DNA of 64,000 bases from Mobula hypostoma (lineage: Eukaryota), in assembly GCF_963921235.1 (NCBI RefSeq), contig NC_086109.1:15068001-15132000 (forward strand), written 5' to 3'. Within the stretch, counting starts at the first letter, position 1; every line of letters begins with the position of its first letter. Positions 29,601 through 40,113 of the stretch are shown in pieces. The position numbers and the translations under genes are program-made. The notes beneath the pieces were generated by a model. It was not told the origin of the DNA and searched no databases. It saw only the letters and a list, made by a program, of their open reading frames with translations.

Positions 29601-32600
29601 CATTGCACCAGCCCACCACCGCATAGAAGATTGTACTGGCAAAAACAGACTGTACAACATTCTTCCTGCCACACCATTTAACCCACCTTGGTAGCATTCC
29701 CTTCTGGTCTTACTTCTGCCTTTATCTGGGTTCCTCTCGAGTGCAGCTAAGCCAATTTCCTCAAGCTCTCACAACACTCTCCACAAAAGAAATCAAATGC
29801 AACATGCAGATGGAAAACACTTGGAAACACTTAGCAGGGCGGGCAACGTCAGTGGAAAGAGAAAGAAAATTAATATCTCCGGTCTGGTCCTCTCCATCAG
29901 AATTGGGGGAGGGAAAGATAAGATTGTTGTCAGCGTTAGAGAGTTGGGGGCGGATGGGTGGCCCTAAGTTTTTCTTTTCAGTCTCAATATTGAATGATCT
30001 AACGTTAGGTAATTTAACTTTCTATACGTCTGTATCAGACTGGTTTCTTCTGTCTGCCATCATTTTGGCTCAGCTTGTTATTTTTCTGTTCATATAGACC
30101 GGTTTGAAGAGCGTGCCCCACAACTTTGCTATTAACAAAACATTACACAGACAAAGAGGAGTATTGTGCCTCGAACTGATGCTCTGTCACCCTCATCTAT
30201 TTGGTCTCGCCCTATCAGTGATATTTTATTAGTTCTAATATTGTTATTAATATATTAATTTCCCATTCTCTGCTTCTGAAACCTAACTAGTTATTTTTCT
30301 CTCTCTCCTTCCCAGTTCTGTTGAAGGTTCCTAGATCTGAAACATAAATTGTAGGGAAATTGACCCTTCAGATGAAGGGTCTCAACCTGAAACATCTCTC
30401 CTTTTCCCTCCACAGATGCTGCTTCACCTGCTAAGCTCTACAAGCTGTTTGCTTTTTGCTTCACATTCCAGCATCTGCAAGCCCTTGCCTCTCCTACAAC
30501 GTTCATCCTTCTTTTCTCTTTTCAAAGACGCATGATCTGCTGCTTTCCAGCGTTTTCTGTTTTTATTTCAGATTTCCAGCATCTGCAATTTTTTTTATTT
30601 TCCTTCATTTGTAGCAATCCTTGCTCCTCACCTGTGTACCTGATGTATCCTTCACTCTGAAGCATATCTTCGTCAGATGTAATCTTCTCTCCATATGAAA
30701 TATACTCACCGTAGGTTTCTTATTCTCTTCCAATAGCACTGTGAAGTCTTTGGGTGTTCTCACAGGTTCACAGTTACTGAGTCTATCTGAGCAAGAGTTG
30801 ACAATGGTTAGTAAGAATGAAGGACACCTTGTTTACAGAGAAATTCACAGGAGGTAAGAGGTTTTTTTTAAATCCCTAAAATATTACACATATTTTAAAC
30901 ACGAGAAAATCTGCAGATGCTGGAAATCCAAAGCAACACATGCAAAATGCTGGACGGACTCAACAAATCAGGCAGCATCCATGGAAATGAATAAACAGTC
31001 AATGTTTTGGGCCGAGGCCCTTCAGCAGGACTGGAAAGAAAGGGGGGAGACACCTGAGTAAAAAGTTGGGGTGAGGGGAAGGAGGATAGCTAGAAGGTGA
31101 TAGGTGAAACCATGTGGGTGGGAAAGGTAAAGAGCTGGAGAAGAAGGAATCTGATAGGAGAGGAGAATGGACCATAGGAGAAAGATATGGAGGAGGGTAT
31201 CCAGGGAAAGTGATAGGCAGGTGAGAAGATGTAAAAGGCCAGAGTGGGGAATAAAAGAAGGGAAGGGGAGGAAATATTTTATTTTAAATCACTTTCTGAT
31301 AAGATGTCCTTTTATTCTGAGGGCAAAGTTCAACGTTCAAAGTAAATTTTATTATCAGAGTACATATATGTCACCGCATACAGCACTGAGATACACTTTC
31401 CTGCGGGCCTACTCAGCAAATGAAAGATGAACCAGAGTGCAGAAGACAACAAACTGTGCAAATGCAAATATAAATAAATAGCACTACATAACAAGAATAT
31501 GAGATAATGAGATAAAGAGTCCGTAAATTGAGATAATTGGTATGAACATTTCAATGGATGGGCAAGTACTGTATGTGTTGTTATTCCCTTTTGTTCATGA
31601 GCCTGATGGTTGAAGGGTAGTAACTGTTCTTGAACCTGGTGGTGTGAGTCCTGAGGCTCTTGTACCTTCTACCTGATGACAGTGGCGAGAAAAGTCCATT
31701 GCCTGGGTGATGAGGATTTTTGATAACGAATACTGATTTCCTATGACAGCATTTCATGTAGATGTGCTCAATGGTTGGGAGGGGTTTACTGCTGATGTAC
31801 TGGGCTGTATAATGCCCAACCACAGACTAAAAGGATGTTCCTTTAGAATAGAGTTGAGGAGAAATTTCTTTAGCCAGAGGGTATTGAATCTGTGGAATCC
31901 ATTGCCACAGATGGCTGTGGAGGCCAAGTCTTTGGGTATATTTAAAGTGCAGGTTAATAAGTTCTTGATTAGTAAGGGTGTCAAAGAGTATGGAGAATGA
32001 AGTTGAGAGGGAAAAATAAATCGGCCATGATCAAATAGCAGAGCAGACTTGATGGACCAAATGGCCTAATTCTGCTCCTATGTCTTACAGGAATTAAATC
32101 CAAGTACTTTACACTCTTTCAGATGAATGTAAAAGATACTACAAGATTTTTTTCCCCTTTTTCCTGGATATTCTCAGCCAAAGGATAGTACACTGTTAAT
32201 GGCAAGAAATTCAACAGTTTTGATGTACAAAGCATCTGATGAAGACTCTTGGCCCAAAACATTGACTGTTTATTCATTTTCATAGATGCTGCCTGACCTA
32301 CCGAGTTCCTCCAGCATTTTGTGTGTGTTGTTGATGTACAAAGGAACTTTGGGGCCCAAGTCTACAATTATCTACAGTCTAACTTCTAAGGGCGATATGT
32401 ATATATTCATTTGATTTAAGCAGCTCCTCAAGATTTCTATTTTTCAGGCTGATTCAATATTAACTGAGAAGTCCTTCCCAAATGTGAAGACTGCAACATA
32501 AGACATCATCAACACAGCAAAGTGATCAGAAAGCAATAGTCCAGTAATGGTTAGCTTGGATTTATAATGGCAGCAGGCATGGATGCTTGAGGGAAGTTAA

Positions 32601-33522
32601 CATTTCCAAAAGAGTACAAATAACGCAGTTCTAACATCAAGAGATTCTGCAGATGCTGAAAATCCAGAGCAACACACACAAAATGCTGGAGGAACTCAGC
32701 AGGTCAGGCATCATCGATGGAGAGGAATCAAAGTTTCAGGCTCATCAAGACTCATCAGAAATAGTTCTACATTTTATTTCTAACTTAGATCAATATTCTT
32801 TGAGGTTTAGAAGAATCGGGGGTTATCTTACTGAACCATATAAAATCCCTAATGGGCTAGACTAAATGAACTAGATATTTGCTGGGAGAGTCTTGACAGG
32901 GACAGGAGATGGTCATTTAAAACTGGTGGCAAATTTTCTATCCCAGATGGTCTTGGAGACTAGACATTGGGCACATTTAAAGAGGAAGAAGAAAGGATTT
33001 GGAAGATCGAGGACAGAGAGCTATGGGGAATAGGCATGGAAGAAGCTGGGGTCAGTCAGCAGTGTGGGTTAAAGGGCCAACTCCAAGTTTCTAATGCTGA
33101 GAAGAGGCTATATTACTTGCAATTTCTCTCTTTGAAATTGCAAGCAGTACAGCCTCTTCTCAGCATCCTGCAATGAGCAAAAACACACAAAATTACAAGG
33201 CAGACAGGACTTGTATTATCCACTCAACCATTATCAAATCCCAAGGGCCAAGTCTTTTGGCCACTAGCAGCAAACTAGTGCACTATTATTGACCAACATA
33301 GTATATTTATTCCATGTAATCAAAGTGGTTTCAGAAACTATTCCTCTGAAGGAATTGAAAAGCTTTTTTACGAAGGAAAGGTTTTATTTTATTAGATCAG
33401 TGTAGAGATTTTAAAAAGTGACAATGAAAATATTTCATTATAATAATATCTTTGTTTTTTTCTTTTTAAACAGTGGGAATCCCAGTTACCCAGCCATCCC
33501 TCCATGGAAGACAGGTTATTAG
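2478..33522 (+). CDS. EPS8L3: EPS8-like protein 3 (EPS8 family), 5'-partial; 13 coding exons join(2478..2617,2718..2767,4036..4147,7574..7641,10285..10359,11196..11344,14039..14183,19005..19045,21671..21755,24575..24685,28069..28181,30737..30853,33474..33522)
   Basis: All exons are AG/GT flanked and phases chain without a break. EPS8-family motifs: ERDQDILNHVLDDIELF, DCLQKIKYAFNL, WKRLGDAW, SH3 (AIYDF...ELTV...WWKV...GYIPNNIL), SAM-like (EVAAWLQGKGYS..TVKSLGVLTGSQLLSL). The compact linkers and short C-terminus favour L3 over EPS8/L1/L2 (inference). Confidence 0.88.
2718..2767 (+). CDS. EPS8L3: EPS8L3-like exon (DASLSNEPLIVDWERDQ)
   Basis: ctttctatag acceptor, CAG|gtgagt donor; ERD joins DILNH as in EPS8 ERDVQILNH. 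Confidence 0.85.
3485..3830 (-). mobile_element. CR1 RT fragment
   Basis: MDFSKAFDK, GVPQGSVL, FADD. Confidence 0.9.
4036..4147 (+). CDS. EPS8L3: EPS8L3-like exon (DILNHVLDDIELFIEKLKGAIVSNPQMRKKKKSKKIK)
   Basis: EPS8-family ILNH.LDDIE.F motif plus basic stretch; ttgacag / AAG|gtatta. Confidence 0.95.
5311..5708 (+). mobile_element. Rex1/Babar-like LINE 3' end with (TTCAA)n tail; related copies at ~40767-41464 and ~52143-52366
   Basis: LLPSGKRYRSIKARATRLRDSFFHQAIRL; near-identical 3' UTRs across the three copies. Confidence 0.8.
5886..5965. mobile_element. ~80 bp hAT (Charlie-type) MITE; other copies at 15649-15730, 22557-22636, 26473-26552, 50525-50608
   Basis: TIRs CAGGG(G/A)TTCCCAA; 8 bp TSDs cattaagg/catcaagg (22549, 22637) and ctttaatc/cttcaatc (26465, 26553). 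Confidence 0.85.
6647..7006 (+). mobile_element. Short non-autonomous RTE-related retroelement
   Basis: BovB-like GGCAATGGCA..CCACTTC segment near the 3' end; (TGA)n tail; no ORF. Confidence 0.55.
7574..7641 (+). CDS. EPS8L3: EPS8L3-like exon (EILPPEADYKDCLQKIKYAFNLI)
   Basis: DC.QK.K..FNL motif; ctctgcag / gtaagt. Confidence 0.95.
8970..9280 (+). mobile_element. tRNA-headed SINE with CORE-like central segment
   Basis: A box TGGCCAAGTGG, B box GTTCGAGCC, GTGTCCTTGAGCAAGGCACTTAA; TSD tatag(a/c)agctgg at 8958-8969 and 9281-9292. Confidence 0.85.
9562..10081 (+). mobile_element. Non-autonomous bipartite RTE element (RTE 5' UTR + 3' end); related copies at ~11600-11990 (-) and ~63395-63800 (+)
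   Basis: GGCTTGTGTGCCTCA.TGACC..GAGAGCTAT..GGTAGGGTCACCC.TGCCAAACAGGTC resembles BovB/Expander 5' ends; internal duplication of the 3' part; degenerate TSD at 9549 and 10082. Confidence 0.65.
10285..10359 (+). CDS. EPS8L3: EPS8L3-like exon (GKLELHSDKARFADLIHCIFQSLQF)
   Basis: 75 nt, phase 0-0; cccctcag / gtaagt; AKL...ADLVHFLF-like motif. Confidence 0.92.
11196..11344 (+). CDS. EPS8L3: EPS8L3-like exon (ILEYLPEKHLAKDVVVPLL...WKRLGDAWCTT)
   Basis: V..PLL and W..LGDAW motifs; ctctcag / AG|gtctgt. Confidence 0.93.
12009..13019. mobile_element. Non-autonomous hAT DNA transposon interrupted by a CR1 3' fragment (~12127-12480, - strand)
   Basis: Degenerate TIRs caacattccctct / agagggaatactg, like those at 24811-25607; flanks atggtag/atggtaag. 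Confidence 0.6.
14039..14183 (+). CDS. EPS8L3: EPS8L3-like exon (RSDWPNGESLEWYNIVFSDG...HPIKQ)
   Basis: R.DWP....Y.P.F.DG-like motif; gaatgcag / CAG|gtacct; phase 2 in, 0 out. Confidence 0.9.
16323..16518 (+). mobile_element. Short tRNA-derived SINE
   Basis: A box TGGCGGAGTGG, B box GTTCGAATCC, (CT)n tail, exact 12 bp TSD tgaatatgcaag at 16311 and 16519. Confidence 0.85.
19005..19045 (+). CDS. EPS8L3: EPS8L3-like small exon (MGNGTWQNNDTFE)
   Basis: gttttcag / AG|gtgagt; supplies the phase 0 to 2 bridge needed between its neighbours. Confidence 0.8.
21671..21755 (+). CDS. EPS8L3: EPS8L3-like exon, SH3 N-half (RQKFAKAIYDFKKRNPKELTVLAGEILE)
   Basis: SH3 ALYDF/ELTV signature; ctgacag / GAG|gtaggt. 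Confidence 0.95.
22030..22273 (-). mobile_element. V-SINE (HE1-type); further copies at ~3290-3420, 4230-4345, 8400-8720, 20055-20375, 26165-26460 (+), 37935-38110 (+), 52720-52990, 58730-58990
   Basis: V-domain reverse complement GGAAACCGGAGCACCC.GAGG.AACCCACGCGGTCAC plus tRNA-like head. Confidence 0.8.
22858..23487 (-). mobile_element. CR1 3' fragment; further decayed CR1 pieces at ~10560-10990, 14324-14612, 15870-16275, 18110-18520, 26715-27295, 28325-28645, 31820-32085, 38400-38760, 41066-41353, 50325-51015, 54472-54962, 56545-57605, 58230-58670
   Basis: RPHLEYCVQFWSP, RGDLIE, TRGHS motifs and conserved CR1 3' UTR. Confidence 0.85.
23900..24450 (-). mobile_element. Penelope-like (Neptune-type) element 3' end with pseudo-LTR; similar pieces at ~30900-31270, 34260-34715, 57695-58220, 60200-60685, 62095-62690
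   Basis: End of the GIY-YIG region (LQPDGMNIDF), pyrimidine-rich UTR, hammerhead-like CTGATGAAG...AAACGTC, conserved GATGCTGCCTGACCTG...CCAGCA tail. Confidence 0.8.
24575..24685 (+). CDS. EPS8L3: EPS8L3-like exon, SH3 C-half (VLEASKQWWKVKDKNGSIGYIPNNILEF...)
   Basis: WW and GYIPNNIL, typical of EPS8-family SH3; cttttcag / TTG|gtaggg. Confidence 0.95.
24811..25607 (+). mobile_element. hAT DNA transposon deletion derivative retaining a transposase N-terminal Zn-finger remnant (25103-25441)
   Basis: TIRs CAATGTTCCCTC / GAGGGAACATTG; 8 bp TSD atcctaac/gtcctaac; F..EW...YCR...LKHH.ASKSH resembles TTF-type fingers of hAT/ZNF862-like proteins. Confidence 0.85.
27465..27760. repeat. CT-rich polypyrimidine low-complexity tract
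   Basis: Degenerate (CT)n/(CCT)n. Confidence 0.9.
28069..28181 (+). CDS. EPS8L3: EPS8L3-like exon, start of SAM/effector domain (..MDSTAGEVAAWLQGKGYSR)
   Basis: S.P.EV..WL..KGF-like motif; tcttgcag / gtaagg. Confidence 0.93.
28647..29547 (-). mobile_element. Penelope-like (Neptune-type) insertion with GIY-YIG endonuclease remnant and inverted 5' segment
   Basis: RCSRCGLLYIGGTRHRLGDHFAEH...LQPDGMNIDF on -; ~29375-29547 is an inverted copy of ~29140-29310; hammerhead-like motif at 28703-28740. Confidence 0.88.
30737..30853 (+). CDS. EPS8L3: EPS8L3-like exon, SAM/effector domain (TVKSLGVLTGSQLLSLSEQELTMVSKNEGHLVYREIHR)
   Basis: TV..LGVL.G.QL.SL...EL motif; ccaatag / AG|gtaaga. Confidence 0.95.
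33474..33522 (+). CDS. EPS8L3: EPS8L3-like probable last coding exon (SGNPSYPAIPPWKTGY*)
   Basis: Strong polypyrimidine tract + aaacag, phase 2 compatible, TAG at 33520-33522, then AT-rich unique UTR-like sequence. Confidence 0.7.
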
Positions 33523-36079
33523 TAATTATCAGAGGATTGATCTTCTACACAAGAAAACCTATTTAAAGACAATATTGTGGACATGATGACTTGGACAAAC
33601 CTATTTAGATTCATATTTCAGTGTTTACCTGTAAGCTTTCTTTTAGAAATAGCATTAGTATGTTGACCCTGCTCTTACAATCGATATCTATGAATTGGTG
33701 TTTGTACCTGTGAATGAAGTTATGTTTAAAATTTCCAATCCAACACTCAATGTTCCTAGCAAAAGAAATATATTTTCAGTTAGAAGTGTTTAATGTTCTG
33801 TATCTTTATTCATTGAGAAAAATCCAATGGAACTCAAATTGAAAGCTGACTATTGACAAGAAATCCTCTGTTAATATGGCAGTATACCAGTAAGAGTATA
33901 AGCTGTGAAGACAGACAGTGTTGGATGTCATCTTGGGTGGTGTAACCATTGACTGAAGGCATGAACCTGCAGTTATAAAGCACTTCCATAATTTCATAAG
34001 ATCTGAATGCATTTCAGAGCTAATAGATTACTTTGGATGAGTAACCGGTGATGTTCACAAGGCAATATAATAAGTTTGCTGGTTGAGTGATGAATACTGG
34101 CATAAAACAGTTGGGCTGAACTGTCTGTTTAGTGGTGAGAATTCTGTCTAATTCCATGTAATAATGAACAAGCTAATGGTTCCAACACAAACTACATCTT
34201 AAAGAGGAATTTCACACAAAGGTCCTTTATTTAGGAATCTTGGAAAAGTTGTACAATACAGCTCTCCTCTCTTTTTCTGTTCTCCATCCTGGTTATCCTC
34301 TTATGCTTTCAATTCTCACTTGTCCATCACCTCCCTCTGGTTCTCCTCATCCTTCCCTTTCTTCCATGATCCACTGTCCTTTCCTATTAGTTTCTTTCTT
34401 CTTCATCTCTTTACCTCTTCCAACTATCCCTTCTCAGTTTCTTACTTCATCCCCCTCCCCTACCTGCCTCACCTGGTCTCACCCCTGCCAGCTTGTACTC
34501 CTTCCCTTCCCTTCTCCTTCTCATTCTGTCTTCTTTCCCCTTCCTTTCCAGTTCTGATGAAAGGACTCGGCCTGAATGGTCAACTGTTTATTTGCCTCCA
34601 TAAATGCTGCCTGATTTGCAGACTTCCTCCAGCATTTTATGTACAGTATGTTGCACAAGACTTTGATAATAAAGTTACTTTGAACTTTGATTTCCAGCAT
34701 CTGCAGAATCTCTTGTGTATACAATCTAGCTTTTTCTCAGGTGATGTTTCTAAAGAAACTCTCAACCAGCAAACTCCTATGACAGATCAGCAATAAATAG
34801 TTTGTCTAGTATTTTGTCTAGTTGGATATAAACCAAACATAGGCAAATGGAACTATCTCAGGCAAATTGGTTGGCATTGCTGGGTTGGGTTAAAGGCTTG
34901 ATTCTGTGCTGTATAACTCTATAGTTCTATAACTAGCTCAAAGACCCAGCAGAGTAGGATGGGCTGAATGAGCTTTCTAAGTGCTGGTGGTGTTGTATGG
35001 GACTATACACAGACTAGGAAAGTTGAGCCGTTGGCTGAATGTAGTCGTTAGAGTTTGGAGAAGGGGAAGGATCAGAAATGAGATTAGGCAGCTTTTCCTG
35101 TTCATCTGGCCCTCTTCTCTCAAGTTGAGGACTGCTTGTATTTATTTAATTTTCCCAGTTTGTGGAATGGGAACAGTGCTCCAGAGAAGTGGGCATTACA
35201 TCCATTATCTCTCCGGCCCAGGTTGGAGATGAGAGCCGATTTTGCTCGCGCTCCGCGAATGCTCACTCCCCTCTAGGGCGCCTTTTGCTGTTCTGTTGTT
35301 TGGTCAATTTAAATGCCATTCCAGGTGGACTGAAAAGACAGGGTGTTGGGATCCGAAACAAGAGCTGATTTCTCTCACTCTCCACGGTGGTCACTCCTCT
35401 GTCCAAGGTGCTGAGGCGATGAAGACTGCCCTGGCTGCTGTGCTCCGTGCCCACTAACATGATGAACTGAGAAGTGAGGTTTTGGGTCCACTCCAGGCTG
35501 CCCCGGGGTTCAGATCTGAGGACTCAATTTGGTTCGGAGTGTTGTTGATCACTTCAATTGTTTTTGTGATTTGTATTTTTTTCCTTTCTCTTGTGCATTG
35601 GGTGTTGGTCTTCCATTTTTTAAAATTGGGTTCTGTCAGGTGTCTTGCTTTGTAGCTGTAAGCAAACAAATCTCAAGGTTGTATAATTTATGCATTCTTT
35701 GATAATAAATGCACTTTGAATCTTTGAATCACTTCTGCCTATGCTAATACATTCAGATTTTCTCAGTGGACAATCCCACTTCCAGCTCCAGCTCCTAATC
35801 CATGGTTGACAAGGAAATAGCTCTTTGAGTGATCAGGAAGTGAGTTCCAATCCTCATTAATCATTGGTGGAAAGGTATTTTCCTCAATTCCCCACTGATC
35901 CTATCAATTCATCTAAATTGATGCCCACCCTACCCTGCCTCCACAGTTATTAGAGGAATTAGTTGTTCCCATACCCAGAGCTCCTGAGGGGGGCGACACC
36001 AACACATAGCAGTTTGCAAAACACTATTTCAGCGCCAACCACCCGGGTTCAATTCAGCCGCTGTCAGTAAGGATTGTTA

Positions 36080-37730
36080 TCACAAATGACCCATCAAAAT
36101 GTTGTCCTATTACTTGTTTCCAAACGATACATAAAATTGTGTCATCATGCATCTCGCAGCTAATCACCACACACTTAAGAAAACAACAATATACTTATGG
36201 AAGAGCACAAAGGGTGCCGTAAGGGGATGAAAGGATGTAAAGAACAATTTAAAATAGTTTCTGTAATTCTAAATCAAGTCCAGGGGAAAAGCAGGAACCC
36301 TTCATGTTATTATATTGATTACCAAAAAGCATTTGATTCTGCTTCACACTCATGGTTAATACGTTCTTAATATATATAAACCACACCCAATACTTGTGAA
36401 ATTCCTTCAACATCTGATGAAGTATTGGCATACTGTAATCACCCTATCTATTAACAACCAAAAAAGAGCAATCAGTGTTATTAAAATAAACCAAGCCATT
36501 TTCCAGGGCAATGCTCTAAGCCCTCTATGGTTTTGTCTTGCTTTAAACCTGCTCTCTAATTTACTAAACTGGATGACAATAGGGTATGAAATCAGAAACA
36601 ACCAAACAAATTATACCTTGACGCACATCAAAGTTGCTGGTGAACGCAGCAGGCCAGGCAGCATTTCTGGGAAGAGGTACAGTCAACTCTTCCTAGAGAT
36701 GCTGCCTGGAGACTGTACCTCTTCCTAGAGATGCTGCCTGGCCTGCTGCGTTCACCAGCAACTTTGATGGGTGTTGCTTGAATTTCCAGCATCTGCAGAA
36801 TTCCTTGTGTATACCTTGACACACCTTCTATACATGGACAATTTGAAATCATATGGTCCTTCATCAGTAAAGCGAAAGCAATTAATTCAAATAGTAGAAC
36901 TATTTTCTAGAGATATAAGCATGAACTTTGGACTAGATAAGTGCAGAACATTAAACATAAGGAAAGGTGCAATAGAGCTAGTAGAATATAAAACAGAACA
37001 GCAGGCTACAATGCAACTGATGGATGAATATGAAACATATAAGTGTCTGGGATATCAACAAGGAAAGAAAATAGATCATAGTGTGATAAAGGGAAAACTT
37101 TTGACAGAATTTACTTCAATGCTTAAGAAAATCCGTCAAACAAAGCTCAACAGTAAAACCATTACAAAAGTAATAAACATTTTTTGCTAAATCCATATTA
37201 GTGTATTCTTTTGGCATAATATCTTGGTCTGAAACCGATCTGGAACATTTACAAAGAAAAAATAAGAATTTCGGAAAACATTATGTAAGCTCGAATGTGC
37301 TTAGATCAACACTTGCTAGGACAGAAGGAGGAAGAGGAATAACAGACATAAAAAGTTTACACAAGAGTCAGATAAAACGTCAAAGGATATAGTTTCATCA
37401 ACGAAAAGAAGATGCAGCACTCCATGTGAACATGTGCATTCTGATAAGAAGTACACACCACTAAACTTAAATGAGAGCACAACTCAGAAAAATGAAGAAA
37501 TTATCACTACAGAAGAAAAAGTTAACTAATGGAAGAGCATGACCCTCCATAGAGGACACCTCCATGATCTGAGTAGACTAGATGTCGGTAAAGAAGTGTC
37601 GAACATCTGGCTCAGAGTTGGAGACCCTTCCCAGAAACAGAAGGGCCCCTTGTGGCAATACAGGACCAGGTGGTTAACACAAAAAATATCAAAAATACAT
37701 AATGAAAGAACAACAAGTTCAAGACAATAA
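36080..37730 (+). mobile_element. Decayed R4/Dong-clade RT fragment, interrupted by a Penelope-derived fold-back (36627-36809)
   Basis: IDYQKAFDS, IFQGNALSPLWFCLAL, HLLYMDNLK, FGLDKC, YKCLG, EGGRG motifs with frameshifts. Confidence 0.85.
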
Positions 37731-39402
37731 ATGCAGAAAACCACTTCTGTAGAATAATTTGCCAAGAACAATCATGGTCATGGAAAGGCCATGATTGCCC
37801 ATGTTATAATGAATGAATGAACAGTTGAAATGGATTAGCTTACAGAATATGAATAAGAGTGAATAGCTTAAACATGATGAAAATAAAACAGAAGCAAGAA
37901 AACAGAGGCACTGTCTTCGCCATTGTAGTAGAGGAGGTGGCACAATGTCCCAGTGACAGATCCTCACATATCCAGAGACCCAGGTTTGATCCTGATCTCT
38001 GGTGCTGGCTGAGAATGTTCCACATTTTCTCCGTGACCTCGCAGGTTTATTTCCAATGCTTCAGGTTCCACCCACATCCTAAAGAGTGCAGGTTAGTCAC
38101 TTAATTGGCCACCCTCATCTGTCCATGGTCTAGTGTTAGCCAGGCAGATAAGGGGCAGGGTTGGATCTGATGAGGATGTAAGATGAAAAGTAGAATAAAG
38201 GTGTCGTAAGGGTAGTAACTTCAGAGCAGGGAATAGTGAATTCTCAGTTCTGTAGCACAGCAGAGAGAAATTGGGGGATGAGCATGTAGCAGAGAGATAG
38301 GAGGTTTGCTACACATTTGGTACCAGGCAGTGAAAATCCGTAACAAACTCAAATGGCCCGAGCAACAGACTAGAGTGAACTCATGTCTCGTAACTCTAGA
38401 ATCATCGATAGAGTGAACATTGAGAGGATATTTCAGATAGTGGGGGAGTCTAGGAACCAAGGTCACAGTCTAAATATAGAAGGACATCTATTTAGAAGAG
38501 CGATGAGGAGGAATTTCATTGGCCAAAGGCTGGTGAATTGGTGGAATTCATTGCCACAGACAGCTGTGGAGGCCAAGTCATCGGGTGTATTGGAAGCAGA
38601 GGGTGACAATTTCTTGATTAGTAAGGGTGCCAAAGGCTATGGGGAGAAGGCAAGAGAACGGGGTTGAGATATGTAATAAATCAGCCATGATGAAATAGCA
38701 GAGCAGACTCAATGGGGTGAATGGCCTAATTCTGCTCTTTTGTCTTATAGTCTTATGGTTATTAGCCTAACAATGGCTTCATAACTCCAGGGTGGAAGCT
38801 TTCCATTGTACATAGAAGGTAAAAGCTGAACAGCACACAGCTCACATAGAACATGGGGACTGAAGCTTGATACTGCAGAAGGCTTATCTCACTCTATGTA
38901 CGCACTGTGCATGCAAGGTAGAGATAGGGGGAGAGTAAAGGAAAAGAAATAGTATACAGGCTCGAAGGGCTGAATGGCCTACTCCTGCACCTATTTTCTA
39001 TGTACCATGAAAACTTATAATTGGGAACATTTGTTCTCAGATGAGTGACTATCAGGTTGCAATAAAGAGAAAGTTAAATCTGAATGTAAACCCCAGGCTC
39101 CGTGTGAATTCTTTTAGACTGGTGTGGGAAAAATGATGACATTTAAATTACACTTGACTTGCTATGTGGATAGGCAAGGTTTCGAGGGGTATGAGCCAAA
39201 AGCAAATGGGGCTTGCTTACATGGACATCTTGGTCAGTATGAATGAGTTGGACAAATGGCATTTTTCTGTTCTGTATTACTCTATGACTCGATGACACAG
39301 TGAGCCAAAGCATCTGTTTCTATGGGCATGACATCCTGAATTCTTAGGTTGATAATGTAAGGAAGAATATACATATGTTCTAGCAGTAGTGATCTGAAAA
39401 TC

Positions 39403-40113
39403 GCTTTCCAATATTTTTATTAATTTATATATATAAGAATACAGAGTACAGGAAAAAAAATATGTTAATGCATTAAACTAAATCGCATATAAAGACTCCT
39501 TACCCTATATTCATACAAGTCAATTAGTTTGTAACATTGAAAAATAATAATTTTATTATATTAAAAAAATCTAACCCACTACCAAGACCGAAGCTGATTA
39601 GTAGAGAAAAAAAGAAAAAAGATTGTTAGTCATCATCTGTGCTTTAACAGCAAATCAAAGGTTTTGAAAATAATTCAGAAAAGGTCCCCACAATGTTTGA
39701 AAGTCTTGATTAGATTCAAAGATAGAACATCGAATCTTCTTTAAATTTAAACATGACATCACATCACGTAACCATTGGGCGTGAATAAGAGGGGCCACAT
39801 CTTTCTACTTAAGCAAAAGCGTCCTTCTGGCCATAAGAGACATAAAAGCCAAAATGTGCAAATCAGATTTCTCCAAAATAATATCCTTTTCTCCAACAAT
39901 ACCAAATAAAGCGGTCAAAGGATTAGGCTTGAAATTTACTTTAAAAAGTATCGAAAAGGTTTGAAATACTTCTTTCCAATATTTTCCAAGACTCGGACAC
40001 GTCCAAAACATATGAATGAGTGAAGCTTCTCCATTATTACATTTATCACAGTACGGAGATATATCTAAATAAAAACGAGACAACTAATCCTTAGTCATAT
40101 GGGCCCTATGGAA
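39403..40113 (-). mobile_element. L1-clade LINE 3' fragment (ORF2 CCHC finger)
   Basis: CDKCNNGEASLIHMFWTC; AATAAA near its 3' end; exact 13 bp TSD tgatctgaaaatc at 39390 and 40114. Confidence 0.88.
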
